DNA of 64,000 nucleotides from Spirochaetia bacterium (GCA_965198005.1 CBDAOI010000004.1:1920001-1984000); one strand, 5' to 3'. Numbered from the stretch's first letter, positions 9,973 through 21,017 are shown. Notes: generated from the sequence alone by a model not told the origin. Translations and numbers: made by a program.

Positions 9973-10929
9973 ATGAGAGCCTACATCATCCGGCGTCTGC
10001 TGCTGGTCATCCCCACCCTGTTCATCCTGAGCGTGTTGGTGTTCCTGTCGGTCCGCTTCATCCCCGGCGACGTCATCGACATCATGGCCAGTCGCACGGA
10101 ATACACTGCCGCCCCGCTCGACCGCGCGGCCATGGAACAGCGGCTCGGCCTGGACCTGCCGATTCACGTGCAGTACGGCCGCTGGATCGGCGGCATCCTC
10201 CTGCGCGGCACCCTCGGCGAGTCGCTGCTGGGCGGTTGGCGCATTGAGGAGCGCATGCTGGGACGACTGCCGGTCACCGTCGAGCTCGGGCTGCTGGCCA
10301 TCCTCATCGGCCTGGTCATCGCCCTGCCGGTGGGCATCTACTCGGCGGTGCGCCAGTACACCGCCGCCGACTACGTGGGACGGTCGGTCGCTATCATGGG
10401 GCTGGCGACGCCCAACTTCTGGCTGGGAACGATGGTGATGATCTACCCCGCCATCTGGTGGACGTGGTCGCCACCGATGGAGTTTCATTCTCTCTCCGAA
10501 GACCTACTGGGCAACCTCGGCATGTTCCTCATCCCCAGCCTGATCCTGGGCACCTACCTGTCGGCCAGCACCATGCGCATGACGCGCACCATGATGCTGG
10601 AGGTGCTGCGCCAGGACTACATCCGCACGGCCTGGGCCAAGGGTCTGCTGGAGCGGTCGGTGATCCTGCGGCACGCGGTCAAGAACGCCATCATCCCGGT
10701 GGTGACGCTGGTGGGCATGCAGCTGCCGATTCTGGTAGGCGGCTCGGTGATCATCGAGAACATCTTCAACCTGCCGGGGCTGGGGCGGCTGATGCTGGAC
10801 GCCCTCAACGACCGCGACTACCCGGTGGTGTCGGCGGTGAATCTGTTCTTCGCCACGGTGGTGGTGTTGGTCAACCTGCTGACCGATCTGCTGTACGCGT
10901 CGCTGGACCCGCGGATTCGCTACGAATGA
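9973..10929 (+). CDS. ABC permease, DppB/OppB-like
   Basis: YIIRRLL, RLPVTVEL, EVLRQDYIRTAWAKGL, RDYPVV, LDPRIRY. Confidence 0.92.
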   Translation: MRAYIIRRLLLVIPTLFILSVLVFLSVRFIPGDVIDIMASRTEYTAAPLDRAAMEQRLGLDLPIHVQYGRWIGGILLRGTLGESLLGGWRIEERMLGRLPVTVELGLLAILIGLVIALPVGIYSAVRQYTAADYVGRSVAIMGLATPNFWLGTMVMIYPAIWWTWSPPMEFHSLSEDLLGNLGMFLIPSLILGTYLSASTMRMTRTMMLEVLRQDYIRTAWAKGLLERSVILRHAVKNAIIPVVTLVGMQLPILVGGSVIIENIFNLPGLGRLMLDALNDRDYPVVSAVNLFFATVVVLVNLLTDLLYASLDPRIRYE

Positions 10930-11102
10930 GGCACGCCGATGGCTGACGTATCGCAGTTGCCGCCGACCGCCGCTGGCCTGTTCGCCCCCTGGGGGCCGAC
11001 GGATGCGGATGCCGCATGACCCTCACGCGTGGAGCGGCGCGGAGCGCCGTCAATTGCTTCTCGCGCCTCGGAAACGATAGAGTCAGTGCTCAGGCTACTG
11101 CA

Positions 11103-12908
11103 GTGAGCACGCCCCCCGCCCACCCGCGCATTCCCTACGGCGAGGCCGACTTCAGGCGCATCCGCTTGAACCGGTGGCTGTACGTCGACAAGACCCGCTT
11201 CCTGCGGCGCCTGGAGGAGGAGCGCTACGCCTTTCTGATCCGCCCGCGCCGCTTCGGCAAGTCGCTGTGGGTGTCCCTGCTGGAGAACTACTACGACCGC
11301 TTCTGGGCCGGCGACTTCCAGGCCACCTTCGCCGGCACCGACATCGGGCAGGACCCGACCGGGGAACAGAGCCGCTACGTCACCCTGCGGTTCAACTTCT
11401 CGATGGTCAACGACAAGCTCGAAACACTGGAACGGGAGTTCGAAACCTACTGCCACACGGAGCTGCAGGGGACACTGGAGCGGCATCTCGACCTGTTTCC
11501 CGAAGCGGTGCTGCAGCGGATCCTCACGCCGCCCTCCATCAGCGCCAAGCTTGGGGTGCTGTTTCGGTACACGGGCGACCATGACATCCCGCTGTACGTG
11601 CTGATCGACGAGTACGACAACTTCGCCAACACCGTGCTGGCGTACCACGGCGCGGAGGCGTACCACTCGTTCACCCACGGCGGCGGCTTCTACCGCAACT
11701 TCTTCGCCACGCTGAAGGGCGGCGCGGACCGCAGCGGCGGCGGTCTGGAGCGGCTGTTCATCACCGGCGTGTCGCCGATCACGATGGACGACGTGACCAG
11801 CGGCTTCAACATCGGCAAGAACATCAGCCTGCACCCCGATTTCAACGAGATGGTGGGCTTCACCGAGGCGGAGGTGCGGCGCCTGGTCGAGACCTACCGG
11901 GACTTGGACGTGTTCAACCAGGCCGTGGATACCGCCATGGGCATCATGGGGCAGTGGTACAACGGCTACCGGTTCTCCGAGGAAGCTGAAACCGATCTGT
12001 ACAACACCGACATGGTGCTCTACTACCTGGACAACTCGATTCCCAACCGAGACGTCCCGACGTACCTGATCGACACCAACGTGCGCATCGACTACGGCAA
12101 GCTGCGCCACCTGCTGGTGACCGGGCGACAGCTCAACGGCAACTTCGACCTGCTGCGGGACGTGATCGGCGAGGAGCAGGTGGACACCCGCATCCAGCCC
12201 GGCTTTCCGCTGAAGGACCTCACCAAGCCGGAGAACTTCCTCTCCCTGCTGCACTTTTTTGGGTTACTGAGCATCCACGAGGTGCGGGGCGTAATGCCGC
12301 GGCTGGCGATCCCGAACCAGACCGTGAAGCGGTTGATGTACGGCTTCCTGCGCGATGCCTACCGCGACGTGGGGGTGTTTTCGGTCAACCTGTTCCGGTT
12401 CGAGCAGTTGATGCTGCGGATGGCGACCGAGGGCGAGTGGCGGCCGGTGCTGGAGTTTCTGGGCGAGGCGATCGCGCAGCAGACGGGGATCCGCGACTAC
12501 ATCGGCGGGGAGAAGGTCATTCAGGGATTCCTGGCCGCCTATCTAAGCGTGGCCGATTACTACGTGTTCCGGTCGGAGGCGGAGCTGGGGAAGGGGCATG
12601 CGGACATCTGTCTGGAGCCGCTGGTCGCCCGCCACCCGAACCTGCAACGTGGCTATCTGATCGAGCTCAAGTATCTGAAGCGCAGCGAGTCGGCGGACGA
12701 GGCCGCCGTGGCGGCGGCGGCCGGAGAGGCGGCGGCGCAGCTCGAGCGGTATCTGGCGGACGAGCGGCTGACGCGGCAGTTTCCGGGGGTGCGCTTCGTC
12801 GGCCTGGTCGTGGTGTTCCACGGCTGGGAACTCGTGTTCTGCGACGCCGTGCGCCGGCCGGCGCCGAGCCGGTCGCGGGGGCGGTTGCGGCCGGGCAGGC
12901 CGGGCTGA
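11103..12908 (+). CDS. AAA-ATPase-like / PD-(D/E)XK nuclease protein
   Basis: IPYGEADF, YVDKT, RPRRFGKSL, LIDEYDN, C-terminal GHADI..LIELKY. Confidence 0.88.
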   Translation: MSTPPAHPRIPYGEADFRRIRLNRWLYVDKTRFLRRLEEERYAFLIRPRRFGKSLWVSLLENYYDRFWAGDFQATFAGTDIGQDPTGEQSRYVTLRFNFSMVNDKLETLEREFETYCHTELQGTLERHLDLFPEAVLQRILTPPSISAKLGVLFRYTGDHDIPLYVLIDEYDNFANTVLAYHGAEAYHSFTHGGGFYRNFFATLKGGADRSGGGLERLFITGVSPITMDDVTSGFNIGKNISLHPDFNEMVGFTEAEVRRLVETYRDLDVFNQAVDTAMGIMGQWYNGYRFSEEAETDLYNTDMVLYYLDNSIPNRDVPTYLIDTNVRIDYGKLRHLLVTGRQLNGNFDLLRDVIGEEQVDTRIQPGFPLKDLTKPENFLSLLHFFGLLSIHEVRGVMPRLAIPNQTVKRLMYGFLRDAYRDVGVFSVNLFRFEQLMLRMATEGEWRPVLEFLGEAIAQQTGIRDYIGGEKVIQGFLAAYLSVADYYVFRSEAELGKGHADICLEPLVARHPNLQRGYLIELKYLKRSESADEAAVAAAAGEAAAQLERYLADERLTRQFPGVRFVGLVVVFHGWELVFCDAVRRPAPSRSRGRLRPGRPG

Positions 12909-13770
12909 GGAAGTTCTGCGCGCGGCTGGTGCGCGAGCAGCCGCTGGGGACCGTCGGCGGCATCATCATCCTGCTTCTGGTGCTGGTGAGCATCTTCGCC
13001 GATTCGCTGGCGCCCTACCGCTACGAGGCGATCCACCTGCGCGACCGCCTGCAGGCCCCCTCGGCCCAATACCTGCTGGGCACCGACCACATGGGGCGCG
13101 ACCTCTTGAGCCGCCTCATCCACGGGGCGCGGCTGTCGCTGACGGTGGGGCTGGCCGCCACCGCGCTCACCGTCGCCGTTGCCGTGCTGATCGGCGGCAC
13201 CACCGGCTTCATCGGCGGTCGCGTGGACTTGGTGACGCAGCGCTTCGTCGACGCCTGGATGGCGTTCCCGTGGCTGCTGTTGCGGCTCACCATCATGTCG
13301 ATTGCCGGCCGGGGGATGGCGCAGATCATCATCGTGCTGGGGGTATCGGGCGGCATCCCAACGTCGCGGGTGGTGCGCGGCGCCGTGCTGGGGGTGAAGG
13401 AGAACGTCTACTTCCAGGCGGCCCAGGCGATCGGCAGCTCGCGCCGGCGCTCGCTGCTGCGCCACGTGCTACCCAACATCGCCGCGCCCATCATCATCAT
13501 CTTCAGCATCAACGTGGGCGGCGTGATCATGTCCGAGGCAGCGCTGAGCTTCCTCGGCTTCGGCTTGCCGCCGGACATCCCGAGCTGGGGCGGCAGTACA
13601 TGGAGATCGCGCCGCACCTGGCGCTGTGGCCGGGGCTGTGCCTGACGGTGGTGGTGTACAGCCTCAACATGTTCGGCGACGCGGTGCGCGACCTGCTGGA
13701 CCCCCGCCTGCGCAGTCGCCTCGGCCGCTACGGCGGGGCCAGGGCCAGGGTTGTGGACGCCATCGGCTAG
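12890..13770 (+). pseudogene. DppC-type permease, no start codon, frameshifted near 13590
   Basis: RLVREQPLG..LGTDHMGRD..PSWGG, then frame change to QYMEIAPHLALWPG..LDPRLR; MLSREGR missing. Confidence 0.85.
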
Positions 13771-13901
13771 TTCCCTGGTAGCGGCAGACGCCCGACTTCG
13801 ATAGCATACCTGGACGAGCCACGCTGCACCGCAGAATCCCACTTGAAGCTCGCGCGATCATCGGGGGCGTCTTAGCGCGCGCAGTGCAAGGAGGAACAAA
13901 C

Positions 13902-14116
13902 GTGCCGACGATATCTATGTTCTATGGCATCTTGATCCTGCCGAACATACCGCCGCCGTGGCCATTGATGATGGTGCCGTTCTGGGCGGCAGTCTGCCGG
14001 TAGCAAAGATGAAGCTCGTCCAGGCCTGGATTGAAATACACCGAGAGGATCTGCTTGCCGACTGGAAGTTAGCCGTTGCTGGCGAACCTGTTTTCAAGAT
14101 CGATCCACTGCGGTAG
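13902..14116 (+). pseudogene. DUF4160-family TA component with internal frameshifting deletion
   Basis: SD AGGAGG; MPTISMFYGILI joined out of frame to AEHTAAVAIDDG..VQAWIEIHREDLLADWKLA..FKIDPLR*; His-rich motif missing. Confidence 0.75.
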
Positions 14117-14129
14117 CAGGTGGCAGATT

Positions 14130-14405
14130 ATGGATACTATTGTTCAAGCTATTCCCCTCAACGACCACTGCATTGAGATTCTGACCAGTAGCGGTGTTTC
14201 CGGGATTTTCGATGTCAAGCCCTACTTGAAAGGGCACGCGTTCAAAGAACTGGAGAATGAATCATATTTTCGTCTGGTTCGCCTTGCCCATCATGGCATC
14301 GTGTGGCCACATGAGCAGGACTTCAGTTCAGACACGATAATCTGGGACATCGTTCATGCTCAACCGGCCACCACGCCCGACTCATCGAGTACCGCGGATC
14401 GGTGA
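14130..14405 (+). CDS. DUF2442-family protein (TA partner)
   Basis: GIFDVKPYL..FKEL..YF..V..IVWPHEQD; follows DUF4160. Confidence 0.75.
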   Translation: MDTIVQAIPLNDHCIEILTSSGVSGIFDVKPYLKGHAFKELENESYFRLVRLAHHGIVWPHEQDFSSDTIIWDIVHAQPATTPDSSSTADR

Positions 14406-14477
14406 CGATGCTGCACCACCGCCACCCCGTCCGCCTGCCTGGCGGGCGACCGGCCGGAACGCCTTGATGCCAGAAGA

Positions 14478-14612
14478 GGAGATCGCGCCGCATCTGGCGC
14501 TGTGGCCGGGAGTATGTCTGACCGTGGTGGTGTACAGCCTCAACATGTTCGGCGACGCGGTGCGCGATCTCCTGGACCCCCGCCTGCGCGGCTAGCTCGG
14601 GCGCTACGGCGC
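14478..14612 (+). repeat. Duplicated 3' end of dppC
   Basis: EIAPHLALWPGVCLTVVVYSLNMFGDAVRDLLDPRLRG*; near-identical to 13603-13735. Confidence 0.85.
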
Positions 14613-14766
14613 CGGCAGTGGCCGGCGGGCCGACGGCTCACAGTCAAGCTCTCCCACCGAGCCGGGCAGCCCGGCGTAGTCACGGAAGCAACAGCGTTCC
14701 GAGCGTTCCGGGTAATGCTTGCCGGAACGCGTGGCGTTCGCTACCATCGGATGAGCGAGCGTACGT

Positions 14767-15474
14767 ATGGCCGAAGGCAACGGACACCGCGAACCCGCGA
14801 CCCCGCAGGAGATCTGGGCGATTCTCCGCGAGGTCTCCGCAATGCAGCAGGAGACTGCACGCCGTATGCAGGACACCGACCGGCAGACTGCACGCCGTAT
14901 GCAGGAGACCGACCGCCAAATGCAGGAGACCGACCGGCGGTTGCAGGAGACCGATCAACTGCTGACGCGGCAGGCACGGGCCGCCGACCGGCGCATGGAC
15001 AAGCTGGAGGAGTTGTTCAACGGGCAGTGGGGCAAGCTGATGGAGTCCCTGGTGGAAGGCGACCTTGTAGCACTCCTCCAGCAGCGGGGCATCGCGGTGC
15101 AGCACACGGTAACCAACCCGCGGCAGAACTACGGTGAGCGGCGCTGGGAGTTCGACCTCGTGGCGATCAACGGCGAAGAGGTCGTGGTGGTGGAAGTCAA
15201 GACTAGCCTGAGGGTGCCGGACGTCGATCGATTCATCGGGCGGTTGAACGAGTTTCCGGAACTGATGCCCGAGTACGCCGAGCGGCGGATCTACGGGGCG
15301 GTTGCGTATCTGAAGGCATACCAGGAGTCGGAGGTGCGAGCAGAGCGGCTGGGCCTGTTCGTGATTCGCGCCACCGGCAGCAGCGCCAGCATCACCAACC
15401 GGGAGGGGTTCACGCCGCGCGCGTTCGGTCACCGGAGCCCGTCGGCCAGCCGCCCAGCGGGGCGCTCCGACTGA
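14767..15474 (+). CDS. Coiled-coil repeat / PD-(D/E)XK nuclease-like protein (DUF3782-like)
   Basis: QETDR heptad repeats, WGKLMESLVE, EFDLVAING..VVVEVK. Confidence 0.75.
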   Translation: MAEGNGHREPATPQEIWAILREVSAMQQETARRMQDTDRQTARRMQETDRQMQETDRRLQETDQLLTRQARAADRRMDKLEELFNGQWGKLMESLVEGDLVALLQQRGIAVQHTVTNPRQNYGERRWEFDLVAINGEEVVVVEVKTSLRVPDVDRFIGRLNEFPELMPEYAERRIYGAVAYLKAYQESEVRAERLGLFVIRATGSSASITNREGFTPRAFGHRSPSASRPAGRSD

Positions 15475-15797
15475 CCTCAGCGTCCGGCGGGGTCTGCATG
15501 GCGTAGTGGTCGCCGATGGGAGTGGCGTCAGGAGGGGAGAACGGGAGGGAGAGGATCACGGGCTGCCTCCAAGCATGTATCATCGTATTTCGTCAGCAAC
15601 GGAGACAGCATGTCAAGGGGAATTGGGTGCGAGAGCGAAAAAGGGGCTCGAAAACCGGGTTATCGGACGGCTTTGAACGCGCTACCGGTGCTGCGATCAG
15701 CGCACTAGGTCAGGAAGTCTGAACCTACGGCCGGACCACGCCCCAGCCGCACCCCGATGCCTGGTCGGTCAACGGCGGGGCACATCAATTCAACGGC

Positions 15798-16880
15798 GTG
15801 GTCAGCGAGATGTTCGTCATCCCCGACTGGGCCGCCGACCGAAGAGAGGAGCACAACCCCAGATCGCTCATGCGAGGGCAGTTGGCGGAGAGCTGGGAAC
15901 AGCCCGACCCACTCACGTTTATCTTCAACATCCGTAAAGGGGTTAACTGGCACGACAAGGCACCGATGAACGGTCGCGAGTTGACCGCCAGCGACATCGA
16001 ATTCAACTTTCATCGGTACTTGGGGATCGGCAGTGGCTTCAGCGAAGCCTCGCCGTTTGAGGGTCAGCTGCCCAAGATCGAATCCGTGACGGCCACCGAC
16101 GCATCGACGGTGGTCTTCAAGCTGGCAGAGCCAGACCTCTTTGCGCTGGACAAGCTAGTCAACAACCGGCTTGCCTGGATCTACCCACCGGAGGTCATCC
16201 AGCAATACGGCGACGTCCAGGATTGGAGGAATCTGGTTGGCACTGGTCCCATGGAGCTGACGGACTACGTCGAGGGCAGCTCTATCACGTGGACCAAGAA
16301 CCCCAACTACTGGGGGTTCGACGAGAAGTTTCCGGAGAACCGCTTGCCCTATGTCGACGAGATCGTCGCCCTGATCATGCCGGCCGCCGTTCGATGACAT
16401 CCGGGTACGCCAGGCCCTGCAGATGGCTGTGGATCGGGAGACGATCGCGAACACCTACTTCAAGGGGTTGGCCGACCCGACGTCGCACGGAATCATTAAC
16501 AACGAGGACCCCCTTGGGACGCCGTTCGACGAATGGCCGGAGGAGGTCAAGCAGTACTACCGCTACGACCCGGAACGGGCGAAGCAGTTGCTGCCCGAGG
16601 CGGGCTATCCCGATGGCCTCAAGACCGAACTGAAATACTTCGAACGCTACGATGCGAACTACGCGGAGCTCGTCGTTGGCTACTGGGCTGAGATTGGCGT
16701 GGACGTCGAGATGAGCATTCACAGCAGCCCGGAGAGCCAGGCCATCCTGCAAGGGCACACCTCGGACGGACTCGCACACGGCGAAAACGCCTACATGGGG
16801 TCGGATCTCCTTCACCTTGAGTATTTCTACCGGGCCGACTCCTTCAGTGGCTACAACAACGATGGATTGGGAGTGAACGG
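15798..16880 (+). pseudogene. Family-5 SBP fragment lacking both termini, internal deletion at ~16383
   Basis: LAESWEQPD..NRLPYVDEIVALIMP joined to PPFDDIRVRQALQMA. Confidence 0.85.
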
Positions 16881-17661
16881 GGCTGGATGTGCCGGTGCCC
16901 GTGCAATACGTACGCTGGCTGGGCGGCATCTTCCTGCACGGCACCCTGGGTGACTCTCTGTTCGGCGGAGCTACCGTCGAGGAGAGGATCATCGGCCGGC
17001 TGCCGATCACCGTCGAGCTTGGTGTCCTGTCCATCCTCATCGGGTTGGTCATCGCCGTGCCGGTGGGCATTTACTCGGCGGTGCGGCAGGACACCGCGGC
17101 CGACTACGCCGGCCGCTCGATCGCCATCATCGGCCTGGCGACGCCCAACTTCTGGCTCGCCACGCTGGTGCTGACCTTCCCGCCATCTGGTGGGCGTGGG
17201 CGCCGCCGCTGCGCATGGTGGCGTTCGCCGACGACCCGCTCCGCAACCTCGGCCAACTGTTCATTCCCAGCCTCATTCTGGGCACCTACCTGTCGGCTAC
17301 CGTGATGCGCATGACGCGCACCATGATGCTGGAGGTGCTGCGCCAGGACTTCATCCGCACCGCCTGGGCGAAGGGACTGCGGGAGCGGGTGATCATCCTG
17401 CGCCACGTGATCAAGAACGCGCTGATCCCGGTGGTGACGCTGATCGGCCTGCAACTCCCGATCCTGGTCGGTGGCTCGGTGATCATGGAGAACATGTTCG
17501 CCCTGCCGGGGCTGGGCCGTCTGATGCTCGACGCCCTCTCGGCGCGCGACTACCCGGTGGTGTCGGGCATCAACCTGTTCTTCGCGACCGCGGTGATGAC
17601 GATCAACCTGTTCATCGACATTCTCTACGGCTACCTGGACCCCCGGGTGCAGTACCGCTAG
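16881..17661 (+). pseudogene. DppB-type permease, 5'-truncated, frameshift near 17180
   Basis: GLDVPVPVQYVRW..TPNFWL / [16 protein letters not shown]. Confidence 0.85.
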
Positions 17662-18685
17662 TAGGAGCCTGGCGCGTGCGACAGACTCCTGGCGGACGGT
17701 GGGGATGGGCCGCAAGCGACGCCTGGCGGATGCGACATACTCAGCCGAAACCGCGGCCGTTCCTGCTCGACCTGCTGCGGCGGCTGTTCAAGGAGCGGCC
17801 GCTGGGGGCAGCGAGCGCGGTGGTGGTGTACTGCCTCAACATGTTCGGCAGTGCCGCGAGGACGCCGCCGTAGGCGACCGCGGTGGCTGGCTCGGCGAAC
17901 ACCGGCGCGGCCTCGGTCAGCAAGCCGGAGCTGGCGAGCACGCGGCCCTCGACGGCGCGCGCCGCGCGGCCCATGGGCGCGTGCTTGTCGCGGGCGTCGC
18001 GGGTGGCGCGGTCGGTGGCCGCCGCCGACACGACCTGCAGCGTGGCAGCGCCGAGGCGCCAATTGCCAGAATCGACGCCGGGTGACTGGGGAGTTCTCGC
18101 CAGGGGTCGTTGGTCGGTTTCCTGCGAGTCACGCCGAAAGCTGGCCCTCGGAGCGGCGATTCGTCCCTGCTGGCGGCCTGGGCGGCTCATTCGGCTCATT
18201 GCGTTCGCTACGTTAGCCATGTTAGTATCGCTCTGATGGCAACCCTCTCCGTACGCGCTCTCCCCGACCCCCTGCATCGCCGCTTCAAGCTGCTGTGTGC
18301 CACCCGCGGTCTGTGGATGCGCGCGGAGGTGATTCGCCCGATCGAGCGGGAACTCGCCATGGTCGACGATCTCGAGGCCGCTCTGCGTGCGGTGCTCGGC
18401 CAAGCGTCGGCGCCGCCTCGAGAGGACCTCGGCAGTTGAGCCGGCTGGGCCGATTCGTGGTTGACGTTCACGGGGGCGGAGGTTATGATAGGGTGGATGC
18501 AGTCAATCGCGACATCGCGACTACATCTGGGTATGGCTGTGCCTCACCTGCGGAGGGCTTGGAGTGACTTATAACACGTCAACGCTTATGACACTCTGTT
18601 CCCCTGACAGCCGCTCGCCGAGAATTGCTGAAAATCAGCTCGCGGCGGGCTTGCTTAATGGTGAGGAGTCCCCCCCCCCCCCCCC
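17662..18685 (+). repeat. Second copy of duplicated segment (dppC remnant, transposase-like fragment, RHH gene, IS end, poly-C)
   Basis: Near-identical to 6012-6198 followed by 6874-7706. Confidence 0.9.
18236..18439 (+). CDS. FitA/Arc-like ribbon-helix-helix protein (orphan antitoxin-like)
   Basis: 67 aa, MATLSVRALPDPLHRRFKLLC. Confidence 0.65.
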   Translation: MATLSVRALPDPLHRRFKLLCATRGLWMRAEVIRPIERELAMVDDLEAALRAVLGQASAPPREDLGS

Positions 18686-18939
18686 ACTTTTTCGAACCGA
18701 CAAACAACTAACCGCTCCGGCTGATCGCCGCGTACGCGAAAACGCGCACGCGGGCGCCTTCACCACCGCCGTAGCTATAGCTATCGGTTGCGCGGGCTCG
18801 GTCCATCGCCAAACCGGCATGCGGACCGGCCACGCCCTTCCCGGCGATCGCAACCGTCCCGGATCCTCGCCGGCGACTGACTGCCGGCAAAGCTCACCAC
18901 CGGCGTTGCCGGCCGCGAGGCACCCCGACGTGAGGAAGA

Positions 18940-19151
18940 AGGAGGTCAAGATGATACTCAAAGAGCCGCACGTGCGCGCGGCGTGAGCCCGGGTGAACCC
19001 GGATGAGTCACACGCCGCGCGCTCTTATTGTACGTGACTCAGACTGGCAGTCCGCGTTGGCGGGCGCGCCCGCGTTGCGGTGCGCGAGAGTAGCCAGGGA
19101 GCGGCAATCCGCTCCGCAATACTCTCAAGAATACATTTATGGGAGAAAACC
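18940..19151 (+). promoter_or_regulatory. Structured 5' leader with uORF MILKEPHVRAA (18951-18986), candidate cis-regulatory RNA
   Basis: Conserved with 48610-48818; stems show compensatory changes. Confidence 0.65.
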
Positions 19152-20983
19152 ATGGATTATATCGTACGCATTACAAGGACCTTCGCGGTTGCGTTGGTCC
19201 TCGCCGTGACCGCGCCCGGCCTCTGGGCCACTGGCGCAGAGGAAGACGCGACCGCCGCTGACAAGCAGTATGTGACCGACCCCGTCACCGGCAAGGAGGT
19301 GACCGCGCCAGAGTATGGCGGGACATTGACCTTCGCCGATCGGGGCAGATGGCGTTCGGCTCCTATGACCATGTATCATGGCCATGCATTGAGCCAACAA
19401 CAGTGTCGTCATAGAGAAACTGGGCGTCGCTGACTGGGCAATAGATAGGAAGAGATATCCTTTCGTCGGCGGCTACCAGCTGCCTGTATACGCCACGAGG
19501 GGGGCGCTGGCTGAAAGCTGGGAACAGCCCGACCCCACAACGTATGTCTTCCACATCCGCCAGGGTGTCCACTGGCATGACAAGCCGCCGATGAACGGTC
19601 GGGAGCTCACCGCCAAGGACATCGAGTATAACTTTCACCGGCACTTGGGTCTGGGCAGCGGCTTCACCGAACCTTCCCCTTGCTGCGTAGGGTTCCTCGG
19701 AGAGTTGCCTTGGGAATCGATAGAGGCCACCGACGAATGGACGGTTGTCATGAAGCTGAAGAAGCCCACCCTTCTTGCCCTGGGCACCATCTTGGACGGA
19801 TTCTATGCGATACAGCCCCCCGAAGTAATTGAGGCATCAAAGACTGCTGAAGTGCCAGAGGGCAAGATTTCGGACTGGAGGGACATGGTTGGCACCGGGC
19901 CCTACATGAGAACCGACTGGGTCGGGGGCAGTTCTTATTACCTACACCAAGAATCCCAACTACTGGAGCGACGACGAAAAATATCCGGGGAACCGCTTGC
20001 CCTATATTGACGAGCTAAGGAGCCTTGTTATGACCGAAGTGGCAACAGAGCTATCGGCACTGCGCACGGCTAAGGATCGATGGCATAGGTTGGCAGGGGC
20101 GAATGCACAATTAAGCTCCCTGGACCAGGCAGAGAGCCTCGAGCGCACTAACCCAGAGCTCGTAATTCACGCGTGGTCAGAACGGTCGAATAACAATTTT
20201 TGGCTCAACGAGAGCAAGCCGCCCTTTGACGACATCAGGGTGCGCCACGCAATGCAGATGGCACTTGACGTCGAGACAATGAGCGCGACCTTGTACAAGG
20301 ATTTAGGAGATCCGATACCTCGCGGGCGAGTAGGCCTGGAATTCACGGGGTTTACGTCCCATTTGACGAGTGGCCCGAACAGCTCAAGGGATACTATACC
20401 TATGACGTGGCGGGGGCCGAGAAGCTCCTTGATGAGGCTGGGTATCCGCGCGGCGCCGACGGCATGAGATTCGAAGACCAATCATTGTGTGGCTCGACAT
20501 CGCGGTGATTATGATATTAACTATGCAGAATTAATGCCGTTTCATACTGGCGTGAGATTGGCATTCATGTCGACATCGAGCACACTCCCTGGGGCTGAAT
20601 TCGGTCCCAGAGCGCAAGATCGGAAATGTTGGAGGTTTCGTGTGGCCCGCCGGCGTCAAGGCTTTTCCAGTTCAGGTCAAATGGAAACATTTTCGAGCGA
20701 ATATGTCTGGAACCCCAGGCAGCGACGCGCAATACGACGCCTGGTATGAAGAGATGCTAGCTGCTGCCACTGAGGAGCAGCAGATGAGCGCGATCAAGAA
20801 GCTGGACATGTACAGCATAGAGCAGCACTGGATGATCTGGGGGGCCTTGGCCCAGCGTTCAACGTGCACCAGCCGTGGGTGATAGGCTACAACGGCGAAG
20901 GCGGTTTCGGTAGAAGTCGAAATAATGATGTCTTCGCCCGCCTCTGGATTGATAGTGCGCTGAAGGAGGAAATGGGTCATTAG
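19152..20983 (+). pseudogene. Family-5 SBP, full length, multiple frameshifts
   Basis: Signal peptide through LWIDSALKEEMGH*, spread across several reading frames. Confidence 0.85.
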
Positions 20984-21017
20984 GGGGTTCACCCCTTGTG
21001 GCTGACCTTGCGGAAGA

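Noticed and set aside
15480-15790. Possible promoter or IS-end remnant upstream of the SBP fragment
   Set aside because: The minus-strand TTGACA has no well-spaced -10, and no terminal repeat was recognised.
19080-19130. Leader as a glycine, cobalamin or TPP riboswitch, T-box or hammerhead ribozyme
   Set aside because: Only scattered short resemblances (ACTCTCA, CTCTGGAGA, AGCCAG); the diagnostic cores were not found by eye. A formal Rfam scan is still needed.
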